A stretch of 42,170 bases of DNA from Jimgerdemannia flammicorona (Eukaryota): assembly GCA_003990765.1 (NCBI GenBank), contig RBNJ01000094.1, positions 1 to 42,170 of the forward strand. Direction: 5' to 3'. The notes beneath the pieces are model-generated. The model did no database searches, was not told the origin of the DNA, and was given only the letters and a program-made list of their open reading frames with translations. Below, one piece after another: positions 1 to 10,792 of this stretch (within the stretch, counting starts at the first letter, position 1; every line of letters begins with the position of its first letter). A program made the translations under genes and the position numbers.

Positions 1-215
1 CTCCCTGCCAGGGAGATGTGTCGACCCCCCCAGCTTTTTAGAGCCTCTCCCCAAATGGCCACCCTCCTCTCCCACCATAACCATGGTAGGACTGATCCAT
101 ATACAGAGAGGAAGATGCCAAGGTACCTCACCATCTCTCCTGCAGGGACAATTGTTCCAATGACATCCCCTCCCACTAGCCCATTCCCTAGCACCATTGT
201 CTCACACTTATGCCA

Positions 216-1188
216 GTGGTTTCGTGGGGCCTAAGCCAGAGCCAGAACTATTCATACGTTGGGTGCAGAATGGAATCTTCAATCCCAGGTTTAGCATTCA
301 TTCGTGGAATTCGGATCACACTATCACGGAGCCATGGATGGTAAGATCGTTGCACTGAGCTATTAAATGATATACTCAACATTAGAAGCTCTTGTCAAAC
401 ATTCTCACCATTTACAATCATTCGCAATGATATATACAGTATCCCTCCATCCTTCCGACCATCCGTTCCTCCATCCATTTCCGCTACCGCCTCATCCCTC
501 ACATATATTCCCTCTACATCGAGTTTCACCGCACAGGCCACCCAATTATTCGCCCACTCTTTTACCATTTCCAAAATGACCCGGCGACGTACACCAATCC
601 TTTGACTTCATGCTCAGTTCCACTATGCTCATTGTCTCTGTTTACAAGCCTGCCGCTACCACACGCAAGGTTTATCTGCCCACAGGCTCTAACTGGTACC
701 ACTTTCAGACTGGCTGTCATCACACGGGTGGACAGGAGGTGGAGCTCCCAGCCCCACTCAAGGACACACACTCCCTGTTCCTGATGCTCGAAGGTGCACT
801 CCTCCCGCTCGGCAAGGTGATGCAGCATGTAGGAGAGCAAAGGGACGATGAGCGGGTTGTACAAATGTACCCACCGCCACTCATGGCCAAATATGTCAAA
901 AAGCGATTCGAAGTGACGATGGTAGAAGATGATGGGGTGTCCACGAACCATATGGAAAAGGGCGAGTACGCGGAACTGATAGTGTGGATGGTATGCGATT
1001 TCAACGAGATCAAGGTGGGTGTGTGTATCGTTCATGTACAGTATAAGCCCAAGTATGACGTCGTGTGGTTTGTGGTCATGGTGAAGGGTGAGACCAGGAA
1101 GGTGGTCAGAGGTAAAGACAGTTTGACTAAAGTGGATACTGTAGGGAGGATGATGGTGGGTGTTCCCTTGATATTTGCACCTTACTAA
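216..1188 (+). pseudogene. Glycoside hydrolase family 31 (alpha-glucosidase), 3' exons; apparent 1-bp frameshift near 590-600
   Basis: Exon ~216-340 reads GFVGPKPEPELFIRWVQNGIFNPRFSIHSWNSDHTITEPWM. Intron 341-439 (GTAAGA..TACAG). Exon from 440 reads YPSILPTIRSSIHFRYRLIPHIYSL..HPIIRPLFYHFQND, then shifts frame into FDFML..RKVYLPTGSNWY (ORF 610-1188). These are typical GH31 C-terminal motifs. Pseudogene versus sequencing error cannot be resolved. Confidence 0.85.
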
Positions 1189-1285
1189 GATTCGTACAAA
1201 CATTCGTTTAATATGTACCACACCATTTACTAAACATTGTATTGACATGTTTTGGTTGTTATAATTCGACAGAAACAATCTCATC
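1189..1285 (+). repeat. Diverged direct copy of 2505-2607
   Basis: TTCGTACAA..ATATGTAC.ACA..ATTTAC.AA.CAT.GTATTGACATGTTT...TTGTT.TAAT..GACAGAAA..ACAATCTCATC is shared between the two positions. Confidence 0.8.
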
Positions 1286-1675
1286 CCCATTCCCCCCCCC
1301 AAAAAAAAAAAAATAACCAAATGTGTGATACTGGTATTAAGAACTGTACAATATATATGTGATAGGTGGTAATACGCATTATATGACTTTGGTGTATAGT
1401 TATCCATGCTTACATTAAATTAAACTACCTATCTGTGATTTAATATACAGTTTTGTCAACCATGTACCATAATACCGAGTTGTAATCTTCTATCACACGC
1501 ATAAATATATTAAACTGAAATCCAATTCTGAAGAATTATAGATGTTTCATTTTGTTGTATTCACGATGCATTCAGACTGATTGTAAATGGGAAACACAAT
1601 GACACAATCATACGACATAGTTTGTATGATGAATTAATACCGAATTGTGATCTTTGTACTGTTACATTGTAAAGC

Positions 1676-2623
1676 ATGCCCAAAGTACAAGTAAGAAAGT
1701 CGTATAACCTGCGATCTAACAAGCTGCTACCACTACCACCAATACCAACACCAACACCAACACTAGCAGACGAATATATTCCTGTCAAATTTTCGATAAA
1801 TGAAAATGGCGAAGTCTGTTTCATTCTGATGAATACACCTAAATTCATCCAAATGATCTACAAAACAATAGAAGAAGTCAACACAAAACATGTTGATCTT
1901 CGAACTCAAATACATCAATATCTACTAAATGCATTCCCACCCGACGAAGGCGCCAATCTTGACCTGAGGCCACTTTATCATGAGTTTAGAAAAACACCAA
2001 TTTTCGAATTGAAAGTTGTAATCGATCAACTAGTTTGCAACAAGATATTTTTCCAGGATAGACAACACCAGTATTCATGGACTGAGCAAACTATTGTATC
2101 GACATCAGCACATATTACCGATTTCAAAGAATTGGAACTCCTCATACTAGATTTTTTGAGGGTTCAATTAGACGAGCGTGACATTAGCGAGACGGATGTA
2201 GACATGCTATATACAGAATTTGATATGAGGGGTGATGTAATCTTGGCATTACAACAACTGTATCACCAAGGCCTGATCCAAGATGTCGAAATTGATAAAA
2301 ATGAGAAACCCCGAATTCGTTTGTCTAGAGAACTAGTTGAAAGACTAGATGTTGAGCTAGCAGAGCCATTGACACCAGATAAAATAAAAATGCGACGGTT
2401 GTACATGACCGCCATATACAATCACATACCATTTGCACCATTCCACCCATGCAAAATATCGATAGTAGAAGACATTATTTCAATGATTAATGGTGAATTA
2501 CACCGGTTCGTACAAGATCACTTGATATGTACTACAATATTTACCAACCATCGTATTGACATGTTTGTTTGTTGTAATCTGACAGAAATGTGCATAACAA
2601 TCTCATCACAAATGGTCATTTGA
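1676..2623 (+). CDS. Hypothetical protein with two probable winged-helix domains (first resembles RPA32 C-terminal wHTH)
   Basis: Intact 315-aa ORF. LRTQIHQYLLNAFPPDEGANLDLRPLYHEFRKTPIFELKVVIDQLVCNKIFFQDRQHQYSWT and LELLILDFLR..DVILALQQLYHQGLIQDVE follow the helix-helix-helix-wing pattern. Confidence 0.5.
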   Translation: MPKVQVRKSYNLRSNKLLPLPPIPTPTPTLADEYIPVKFSINENGEVCFILMNTPKFIQMIYKTIEEVNTKHVDLRTQIHQYLLNAFPPDEGANLDLRPLYHEFRKTPIFELKVVIDQLVCNKIFFQDRQHQYSWTEQTIVSTSAHITDFKELELLILDFLRVQLDERDISETDVDMLYTEFDMRGDVILALQQLYHQGLIQDVEIDKNEKPRIRLSRELVERLDVELAEPLTPDKIKMRRLYMTAIYNHIPFAPFHPCKISIVEDIISMINGELHRFVQDHLICTTIFTNHRIDMFVCCNLTEMCITISSQMVI

Positions 2624-2925
2624 AATGCATCCCTGACAAACGAAACATGCGACATTGGTACTATGGTCACGCTAAATTTATATCTAGTTCTTAATGACCG
2701 TAATTATCTGCAATCAGCTTATGTTAAAATAAACAAATTTTTCCAAACACCATTATGTCAACTAACTTATTACTATGTCACACGTTTCACATAATTCTTC
2801 CATTGCGATTACATTGCAGTAGTAGCATCTTGTTTGGAGTATATTTCGTTGAACATAATATATCACGTCACTATTATAAATAATATAAGTCTAGTTGCGC
2901 CAACAGTCATCCAAAACATCCAGCA

Positions 2926-4410
2926 ATGTCGCAACTAGACCTCAACATGTTACATCTCAACATCTTACCCATACTACGTTTGAACAAATTCTTCATGCAA
3001 ATTATGGCTATTCTAAACCTAAATCCATATACACAGATGACATTGAAAGAAATCTTTACTGCAATTGGACAATACAACCTACCACATGTAGCCGGTACTA
3101 TGCAGGGTGCTATTCTCACTGCACATTCTATAGCTCGTTATAATGGTGTACCAGATCCTTTCGATGTCCAAGTATACCAAAGTGGATATATCCTCTTATC
3201 CATTGCCAAACATGTCCTCCCCGACAACGTTGTGGCGTCCTCACCGACAGCGGACGACAGCTGTGGATTATATACGACAAGTCCTAAGTGTACAGCCAGT
3301 AATATCACATACATTTCATCCGATACAAACTCCTCGATCAGTGTTGTGACTTCTTCGACCTCATCTATTGATTCAACAACTTACATGACAGCATCACGTT
3401 TTGCGATCGCCCAGCAAACCGGCTACATGTACCCATGCCTCCGTTCCGCGGGTCATACAAAGATTCTTCGAAATCAATGCGAAGATGTATTTTGTGTTGC
3501 TGATCTAAAATGATCAACAGCAATGACCACATTCGGACAGCTATTCGTGTTGGCAGATGGACATGGTGGTCGCGGGTGTACGCAGTTCTTTGTCAACACG
3601 ATCCCTAGTGCGATTGCAGAGCTGTGTGGTGGGTACGATTTGGAGGAGTTGGGTGACGCTAATATATAGCAATTGATAGCACACGAGATCAAGGAGCTAG
3701 TTAGGAGGCTTGATGACGAGTATTTGCATGGGTTGCACAACGGCGATGGGTGTACACTTATGCTGGCTATATTTCTGGGTGACTCGTGGCTCGTGCAGGC
3801 AAACGTGGGTGACTCACGCACTATCCTCATGTCTGCACCAGATGGTGTCCACAATCTTGATATCAACTTCGCCTCACAAGACCACAAACCATACCTCGGA
3901 TATATTGCCAAAAACGTACTAGCGAATGGCGGCGAATTCGTAGATGTATAGAATCGGGTCATCAATGTCAATTCTAAACATTTCCAAGGTGGTATCAATA
4001 CAATAGCCACACTCCGGAATGTACGTATCAGGGTATCCAAGAATGGGACATCGATAAATGTGGGGAGATCATGTGGTGATGCTGTGTTCAAACAGAATCC
4101 GACTGCAAGGATCATATCATGCAAACCAGATATCACGTTTATTGACATTGGTGGATGACAGCAGCAACAGTGACAACAGTGGTTCCTGCTCATGAGTAGC
4201 GATGGTCTGATAGATCACCTAGGATGTGGACATGTTGTCGACACACAGAATAAATGTATCGCAATGGCTGTCGAGGACCTTGTTGAGGCTGGTGAGGAGT
4301 GTGGTTATATTGTTAAATATCTTTGTAATCACGAGGGCAATCCCAACTTCTTTTCGTCTGTAATTCAAGCATATGATGATTGTACTGTTATATTAGTTGA
4401 GATAGTATAG
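2926..4410 (+). pseudogene. PP2C/PPM-family Ser/Thr phosphatase with N-terminal extension, 5 in-frame stops
   Basis: Single frame joining ORFs 2926, 3673 and 4192. Motifs: CED, LFVLADGHGG, DGCT, ANVGDSR, DHKP, VGRSCGD, LLMSSDGL, DDCTVILV. Stops at 3511 TGA, 3667 TAG, 3949 TAG, 4156 TGA, 4171 TGA. Confidence 0.92.
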
Positions 4411-4419
4411 TGAATTTAC

Positions 4420-4506
4420 TGTAACATCAGTGTCGGGAAAAGTGCATTCACGTGGATGGGATAATCCCGTCCACGTGAATGCACTTTCCCCGACGCTGAT
4501 GTCACA
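4420..4506. repeat. Dispersed palindrome copy 1 (87 bp, centre 4463)
   Basis: TGTAACATCAGTGTCGGGAAAAGTGCATTCACGTGGATGGGAT-A-ATCCCGTCCACGTGAATGCACTTTCCCCGACGCTGATGTCACA. Confidence 0.97.
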
Positions 4507-4554
4507 AGATAAGATATAACGAATGCATTTTCGTTGAATAAATCTTCCAAAACA

Positions 4555-5530
4555 ATGACTAACCAATGTGGATGCTACTGTTTTGAAAGCAGCTACAAAC
4601 TATGTCCGATCTCCAAACCGGTCCCTCTAGGTGTTGTTCGTACTCGCGCTGGAGCCAAAGGTGAGAGTTGTGTGTTATACTATTGTCTAGCCCTTTATTT
4701 ATTTCAATACTCCAGGTGTACAACCCTATAGATATCTTGAGGTGAATACCGCAATACAACTTCTGAATGAATGACTTGGGCATGGCTGGTCCTGCAAATA
4801 CAATGTAGATCATAGGATTGAGGTATTTGTTATGATGTCAATCCGTAAATTCATGTGGTCACGAAATACTAATCCAAATGTAGATGTTCCACAAATCCAC
4901 GGGATTGTGGGAGATTTATGTCGAAGTGACTGCCAAGTCCAAATACATCACGCCAAGCAACCAAACAATAGAACACGAAGTATGTATTTAGCTTACAACA
5001 GCTTCAACTACAACCACTGCTCCATCTAACATAATCTCAGGAATGTGGTGGATTTACACAATCCTCGCGGGTAAAAGGTACAGCGATGACAAATGCTAGA
5101 AAATCGGCCAACTCTGATGCGCTAAAACGAATTGCCGCAACATTCGGCATTACCGTTGTGGGCGAATCCGGCGATAATGATAACTATGTTGTTTGTGATA
5201 CGTTACATATGGCGGAGTTCCCATGCTCACACCTCGTTAATTTAAACATAATAGATACTGATCCCACCCCCCGTCTCTCCTCGCCCAAGTCAAGGTATTT
5301 GTCTCTTTCTTTTATATGTAGCTGTTTCATTTATATCCCATTATTAAGCTATACACATATTATTTTAGGATTGAACCGTATATTGATAGTGTTCAACAAC
5401 ATAGCACACACAGTACATACAGTAAGTATATATTGTACAAAATTAATAGAGCCGTATGGATATTAATTTTCCCACCACTTTCAAAATAGAATCCGATTCA
5501 GTTGATTATATAAATTACAACTGTCAATAA
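4555..5530 (+). pseudogene. Rad52/Rad22-family single-strand annealing protein, 6 exons, one premature TGA (4772-4774)
   Basis: Exons 4555-4660, 4716-4822, 4884-4979, 5041-5294, 5369-5421, 5490-5530 with phase-consistent GT-AG introns. Protein includes VVRTRAGAKGVQPYRYLEVNTAIQLLNE*LGHGWS..GLWEIYVEVTAK..NQTIEHEECGG..AMTNARKSANSDALKRIAATFGI, matching the Rad52 N-domain pattern (R.G..G....Y......I...NE.FG..GW..HED.G.G..KARKEA.TD.LKRA...FG). Confidence 0.85.
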
Positions 5531-5616
5531 ATAATATGTTTGGACATATGATCACAAATAAAGAAGACTTATAAACAGCTTGTAATTGAACAGCTTTATA
5601 CGTTGTTCACTACAAT

Positions 5617-7179
5617 ATGTCAACTCTCGCAGAAACACTATCTATGCCATTTATGGCTTTCAAACTCAATACAACAAATCCTATGATCAGCTCAGACAAT
5701 CTCACCAAACTCATCACTAGCAATAATGATATATGGACACTGTTGCCAAAAATGTTTCAGAAGATAGAGGAATTGTATCAAATTCGCACTTTTACTGCTG
5801 ATGGTAAAGTGACCTTTAGATATGGCGGGGACACGCCTTCGATGACTATCATCGTAAATACCATGGGTGCATATCAGACAACAACCAATGCCATGTCGCC
5901 AGGTACCAACGCAATTTACCAATCTATGGTACAGAAGCCATATGCATACCCATATGAGTCCCCATTCCCGAGGACCTCTGATGGATATGACGATGACCTA
6001 TTACATATGACAATGTCTCAACCTGTTGATGACATGGACATCGATCTGGTGGAGGTTTCCGTTGAAGAATCGCTACACGAGGATTCCGCTACAGAATTGC
6101 TACACGAGGATTCCGCTGCAGAATTGCTACATGAGGTTTCCGCCACAGAATCGCTACACGAGGTTTTCCCAGCTGATACAGAATTGCTACACGAGGTTTC
6201 CCCAGCTGACGCAGAATTGCTACATGAGGTTTCCACCGCAGAATTGCTATACGAGGTTTCCGCCACAGAATTGCTACACGAGGTTTTCCCAGCTGATGCA
6301 GAATTGTTACATGAGGTTTCTGCCACAGAATTGCTACACGAGGTTTCCACCAGAGAATCGCTACACGAGGTTTTCCCGGCCGATGCAGAATCACTACACG
6401 AGATTTTCTCAGCTGACACAGAATCGCTACATGAGGTTTTCCCAGCCGCAGAATTGCTACACGAGGTTTCACAAGTCAAAACAACACCCAGACATGGGCT
6501 CAGAACTCAGAGAGAAACTGCTACCAAAAGAGCAGATGACCCAACCAGAGCACGCCATAGACGACGACATGTTACAAACGGCCGGAGACAAATTAGTTGC
6601 AATTCGAATGAGACATCTTCAGAATCTGAGACAAGAAGTGACACAACAGCAGAGGAGGAGGAGTGTTTGTAGATGCTGCAAATTTTACATGCTATATATA
6701 CACACGCCAGGTGTATAGATCCAGACCAACCATTGGCCACCAGGATACGGCCAGAGAAGTTTATCAAATTGCCCATAGTGCAATCTGCGAGGTCTATCTT
6801 GGACAATGTGATGAATTGGTATAATCAGTTAGCGTCCAAATGTATTTTGGGTAGTATAGGGTTACGCCTTTATAGTATGAGCATCTGTGTCAAATATCTA
6901 CTATATCCGACTGATCTGAACAATTATCAATTGGGGTCATGGAGGGCGGTGTCCAATCAGCTCACCATACAGTACAATCAGCGCAACGCCAACGAGCTTG
7001 GTAAGTGGATTAGGTGTGGGTGGTGGTATCTCGTCTTGGCCAAGCTCTTCAACAGTGTATCTGTTGCGGCGTCATTGTGGAGAGCCACTCATATGTCAAA
7101 GATAACAAATTCAGAATTTAATGAACTGGTGACATATCTACGAATGGAGGACTGTGTTGTAGGTATATTTTTTTTATAG
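5617..7179 (+). pseudogene. Hypothetical protein with acidic tandem repeats and C-terminal helical domain; one in-frame TAG (6670-6672)
   Basis: ORFs 5617-6672 and 6673-7179 are in the same frame, separated only by a TAG. Confidence 0.65.
6064..6472 (+). repeat. Coding minisatellite, 14 copies of E(L/S)L(H/Y)E(V/D/I) units of 27, 30 or 33 bp
   Basis: Core CAGAAT(T/C)GCTACA(C/T)GAGGTTT repeated; all unit lengths are multiples of 3. Confidence 0.95.
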
Positions 7180-7746
7180 TCATTTGGACTTTGTCATTTA
7201 TTACCAGTCCAATGTTAAATATACATTCTCCTCCCACTACTCGATTTCCATAGGCAACCCAAGCAAATACCACCTCCCCCCCCAACCATGTCGTAAGTAT
7301 ACTATATAATACGTATAGTGAGGATGATGTGTGGTCGACAGTAAAGGATTGTGTGAGTGCAGAGGATGTTGATGCAGCTAGTAGTGTTATTACATGAGTG
7401 TTGGAAGAAAACTCACTTGAACACCTACTAGCGATATACATATAATAATAATAATAAATAATAAAGTTTTAAATCTCTCTGTGGAAAACTGTAAATTTAT
7501 TACAACAATTATCACATTACTTGTGTTGGACCACAATCGATACAGAAAGTAACAGAGCTGTCGAGTCATACACGTATTTATAAAAACTATCCTCAAAACC
7601 TATTGGTGATATACCCATAGACTAGAGTTATAAAATATATCATTTTATAAAATGATCTTTTCTGCGACAAGACCCTTTTTTATGGACACGGCATGCCACA
7701 CATTTTTCACTCCTGTGATCAGCTTTGAAAGAAACTGAGAGTCTTG

Positions 7747-8850
7747 CTAAATTGTCAAACATTCAACTCCAAATAATTTTACCGGAATACATCCAAGCAC
7801 AAGTGGTATCAAGGGCTGTAGTTGTGGGGCAGACTCACCCACACGCCACATGTCAGTGTGCACAACAACTAGATTACCATGAAAGATCTGTTCGAGGATC
7901 GCATTGAATACAGAGTGTGCCACCGTGCCGAGATCTGTGTCGTGACTCTGCATAACATATTGTGGTACTTTGTTGTTAGCACAGGCCAACCACACATGAC
8001 CGCGTGCAATTTCAGGAAATGCGGCATTGTGGGGCAATTCGTTGTGGTACTCATTGTCATATGCACAGGACTCGAGCAGCTGTGGTTGTGAGCATTTGCG
8101 GACCACTGCAGTAAACAACAAAGCCATGCTACAGACAGTGCAGAATGCCAGCCCAGCCTGCAGCTGTGTATGGTACTGTGGTAGAATCATCCCATCAGGT
8201 GCCCGCGTGTATGGGACCTTAGCATCGACCAGAACAGATGCGAAGAAGTTGGGATCCTGGTCTCGAGGACACATCATCCCATCCACATTGTATCCCATCA
8301 CCACAAGTGCATCAGGTGAGTACCGACAGTGCTGTACGACCTGTAGACACGTGCCACGACCCATGATGTCACAGCAGTACTGTAGCTGCATATACGCGAA
8401 TGCCAGATCCTCTAACATCCGGCCCCATCCACACGCGCGTCTGCCAAACTCGCTGAACGCTTGTATTATGCCTGTCTTCAGGCTGACCAGGCTGCGGAAT
8501 GCCGCAGAGTTTGTAGGCGACGTTGCTGCGAGTGCATCGGAGCCTCCGAGTATGTGTCTAATCAGTTCATACCACTCGGGCGAGTGCTGCACCAGCGGCG
8601 GAAACATATTGACAAATTCGATGAGAATTTGTCGCAGCATGGCTCTAATGGGCGCTGTTGCTGTGGTGCAAAGGCAGACATTGCCAATGGTCTCCAATAT
8701 GCTGCTGTCGTCATGTGACCACCCAGACGTTGTTATCAGTGAACGCGTCTCCTGCATTAGCACCGTGAGCAGATGCTGATCGATCAGCAACAGAATCGTG
8801 TGGGGATGCACATCCAAGTTGATTGGTACGAATTTCTGCATTGCAAACAA
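7747..8850 (-). CDS. Hypothetical protein (~365 aa; may extend past the TAG at 7747 to ~7645)
   Basis: Long GC-richer ORF immediately downstream of the EME1-like gene. No motif recognised. Confidence 0.5.
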   Translation of the reverse strand: MFAMQKFVPINLDVHPHTILLLIDQHLLTVLMQETRSLITTSGWSHDDSSILETIGNVCLCTTATAPIRAMLRQILIEFVNMFPPLVQHSPEWYELIRHILGGSDALAATSPTNSAAFRSLVSLKTGIIQAFSEFGRRACGWGRMLEDLAFAYMQLQYCCDIMGRGTCLQVVQHCRYSPDALVVMGYNVDGMMCPRDQDPNFFASVLVDAKVPYTRAPDGMILPQYHTQLQAGLAFCTVCSMALLFTAVVRKCSQPQLLESCAYDNEYHNELPHNAAFPEIARGHVWLACANNKVPQYVMQSHDTDLGTVAHSVFNAILEQIFHGNLVVVHTDMWRVGESAPQLQPLIPLVLGCIPVKLFGVECLTI

Positions 8851-8868
8851 ATTTTATTATGTATGTAA

Positions 8869-9702
8869 TTAAGTTGCTTTAAATACACGTCGTACTCGAA
8901 AAACATCAAGTATGCGCTGCATGATCTTGTCATGCAATCTCGTCCGGCTGACTACTACATGCACTAGCTTCTGCCGCACGGATATGTCATTGTGAGTATC
9001 GACAAATGTGTAAAATGAATAAAGGTCATGGAATTCGGCGACAAACGCAACAGCAGTTGCATGTGATATGTCTGGAATCTGTATCAGAAAATCTCGAAAT
9101 GCATGCTGACCGAGTCGTGTCTTGGGGACATGGACTATGGCCAGATAATCCTCAGGCAATGCCTTTGACCGATCCTTTTGAGCACATTTCAGCAGCCGTG
9201 CAACTGTGGTTGCTGTGTCTGCAATTGTTGTAGTTCTACACACGACAACATCATCACAACATAACTCCAATGAGATTGTTATGTGGTCGATATCTACAGA
9301 TGCACCCTCGAACAACAGGTAGATCTGCTGATTGGGGAATCGCATTTTTAGATTGTTGACATCGGTTGTCAGCCTATCGTGTGTTGTGTAGAGAATGACA
9401 ATGACACCCTTTTGTCGTGTGTCATTGTTGTTGTCACCACAATCCCAGCAAAGTATGCAGTAGAATGATGGTGATGGCCCATCGAGTTTGCGCCATTCGA
9501 ATACATCCACGTGCACACGTATTTTCGCTTCCAGTATCGACACTGCAGGTGTGTAAAATAGAGTGGGTGTCTGTGTGTGGGCAATGGCAGTGGTAGTGGT
9601 AGCAATACCAACAATGGTTGATGACACTCGAGAGTAAAAATGGCCCCCTCTTAAAACCTCTTCAGGGGATGGAAATTCAAAGTCGTCATCATCATCCGAC
9701 AT
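8869..9702 (-). CDS. EME1/Mms4-like protein (ERCC4-type fold without catalytic motif, plus C-terminal HhH region)
   Basis: Starts MSDDDDDFEFPSPEEVL. Core LKMRFPNQQIYLLFEG..VVVCRTTTIADTATTV. C-terminal FLIQIPDISHATAVAFVAEF..L...Y..RTRLHDKIMQRILDVF matches the EME1/MUS81 HhH pattern. No ERK motif. Confidence 0.7.
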   Translation of the reverse strand: MSDDDDDFEFPSPEEVLRGGHFYSRVSSTIVGIATTTTAIAHTQTPTLFYTPAVSILEAKIRVHVDVFEWRKLDGPSPSFYCILCWDCGDNNNDTRQKGVIVILYTTHDRLTTDVNNLKMRFPNQQIYLLFEGASVDIDHITISLELCCDDVVVCRTTTIADTATTVARLLKCAQKDRSKALPEDYLAIVHVPKTRLGQHAFRDFLIQIPDISHATAVAFVAEFHDLYSFYTFVDTHNDISVRQKLVHVVVSRTRLHDKIMQRILDVFRVRRVFKAT

Positions 9703-10231
9703 CTTGTATATTGAACGACTACTAGTGATTACTGGATATATATGTGTATGTGTGTGTATTGACAAAATAGGATCGTTGACTAGACGCAAGCCATTCAACT
9801 TGTGCAGGTTATGATCGGTTCAACAGTTTATTCATTTGATAGAATGATTTGATACTACTATAAAATGGTACCACATAGACCTGTAGCCACAGCAGCTACA
9901 GCTTGTAACAATAGTAGCATTGTTGCATTTGTTGACAATGTGTGTATCATTTCATTCATGGTTAAATACACTAAGTCATTGGAGTTAATATGCTCAGGTT
10001 GTGCCATAGGGGTGTAGTGGAGACTGAGTGGTGTGAATTTATATACATACATACCATTAGTCTACATGACATACTGAGTAATATTATATAAAAATAAATA
10101 CGATGACATTATACACATATTAGATTCCAAACACGTCTTGTCCCCGACGATGGTGTCATTATAAATTTGAAATGCGGTCACAACATGTAAAGAAATATAA
10201 ACCATGGTAAACTGTCTTAAAAAGCTACAAG

Positions 10232-10696
10232 ATGGCAATACAACGGAGACAAGCGATTGTTACTGGGGTGGATTCAACAACAATCCTTCAACCAACAGAT
10301 GCAATGATGGGGTCAAAATTAGGAGACCATCTCTGCAGTCATCTTGCCACAGAACTGTTGGAGTTTCAACGACTGGATGATTTTCTGCAGGTGTTTAAAT
10401 ACAAACTCAGATGGCAAATGTCTGGTGGGAATAGGAAACCCGGTGTTATCATCATGCTAGACAAGAAGGAGTATTGGAAATTCATCTGTCGCGGTATGCA
10501 AGTTGTCGATGATCTCGCAGACCTGAAAGCGACATTTCCAGACCACTGTATATGTATAATTCTGCAGGGTTTGACTAAATCTGTAAGAATAAACCAACGG
10601 ATAGTTGACGAGTGTAATGCCCATGAAATCGTTATTGAGAGGTCAAGAAATTCTCCAATAACGATTGAACGGGTCATCCAGTATTTGGCAATGTAG
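10232..10696 (+). CDS. Second, stand-alone ERCC4/EME1-like domain protein
   Basis: KPGVIIMLD..DDLADLKATFPDHCICIILQG aligns with KGVIVILYT..DVNNLKMRFPNQQIYLLFEG of the neighbouring gene. Confidence 0.55.
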   Translation: MAIQRRQAIVTGVDSTTILQPTDAMMGSKLGDHLCSHLATELLEFQRLDDFLQVFKYKLRWQMSGGNRKPGVIIMLDKKEYWKFICRGMQVVDDLADLKATFPDHCICIILQGLTKSVRINQRIVDECNAHEIVIERSRNSPITIERVIQYLAM

Positions 10697-10792
10697 TCCA
10701 ACAATTGTATATACTATGTAATAAATGGTGTTTATACATCACAGCCTCATCATATCTCAACTGCGACACACCACGATGCGCCTTTCACAACG

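Noticed and set aside
562-1407. 281-aa minus-strand ORF and other antisense or alternate-frame ORFs (3474-4193, 6018-6479, 6026-6718, 8027-8779, 25151-25615, 38944-39321)
   Set aside because: Shadows of real genes or of tandem repeats; no motifs of their own.
4420-4506. Palindromes as rho-independent terminators or pre-miRNAs
   Set aside because: Eukaryotic context, no U-tract, a 1-nt centre and a position upstream of gene starts; an RNA role is unsupported without expression data.
6064-6472. CRISPR-like array
   Set aside because: No unique spacers; units are in-frame coding repeats in a eukaryotic gene; no cas genes.
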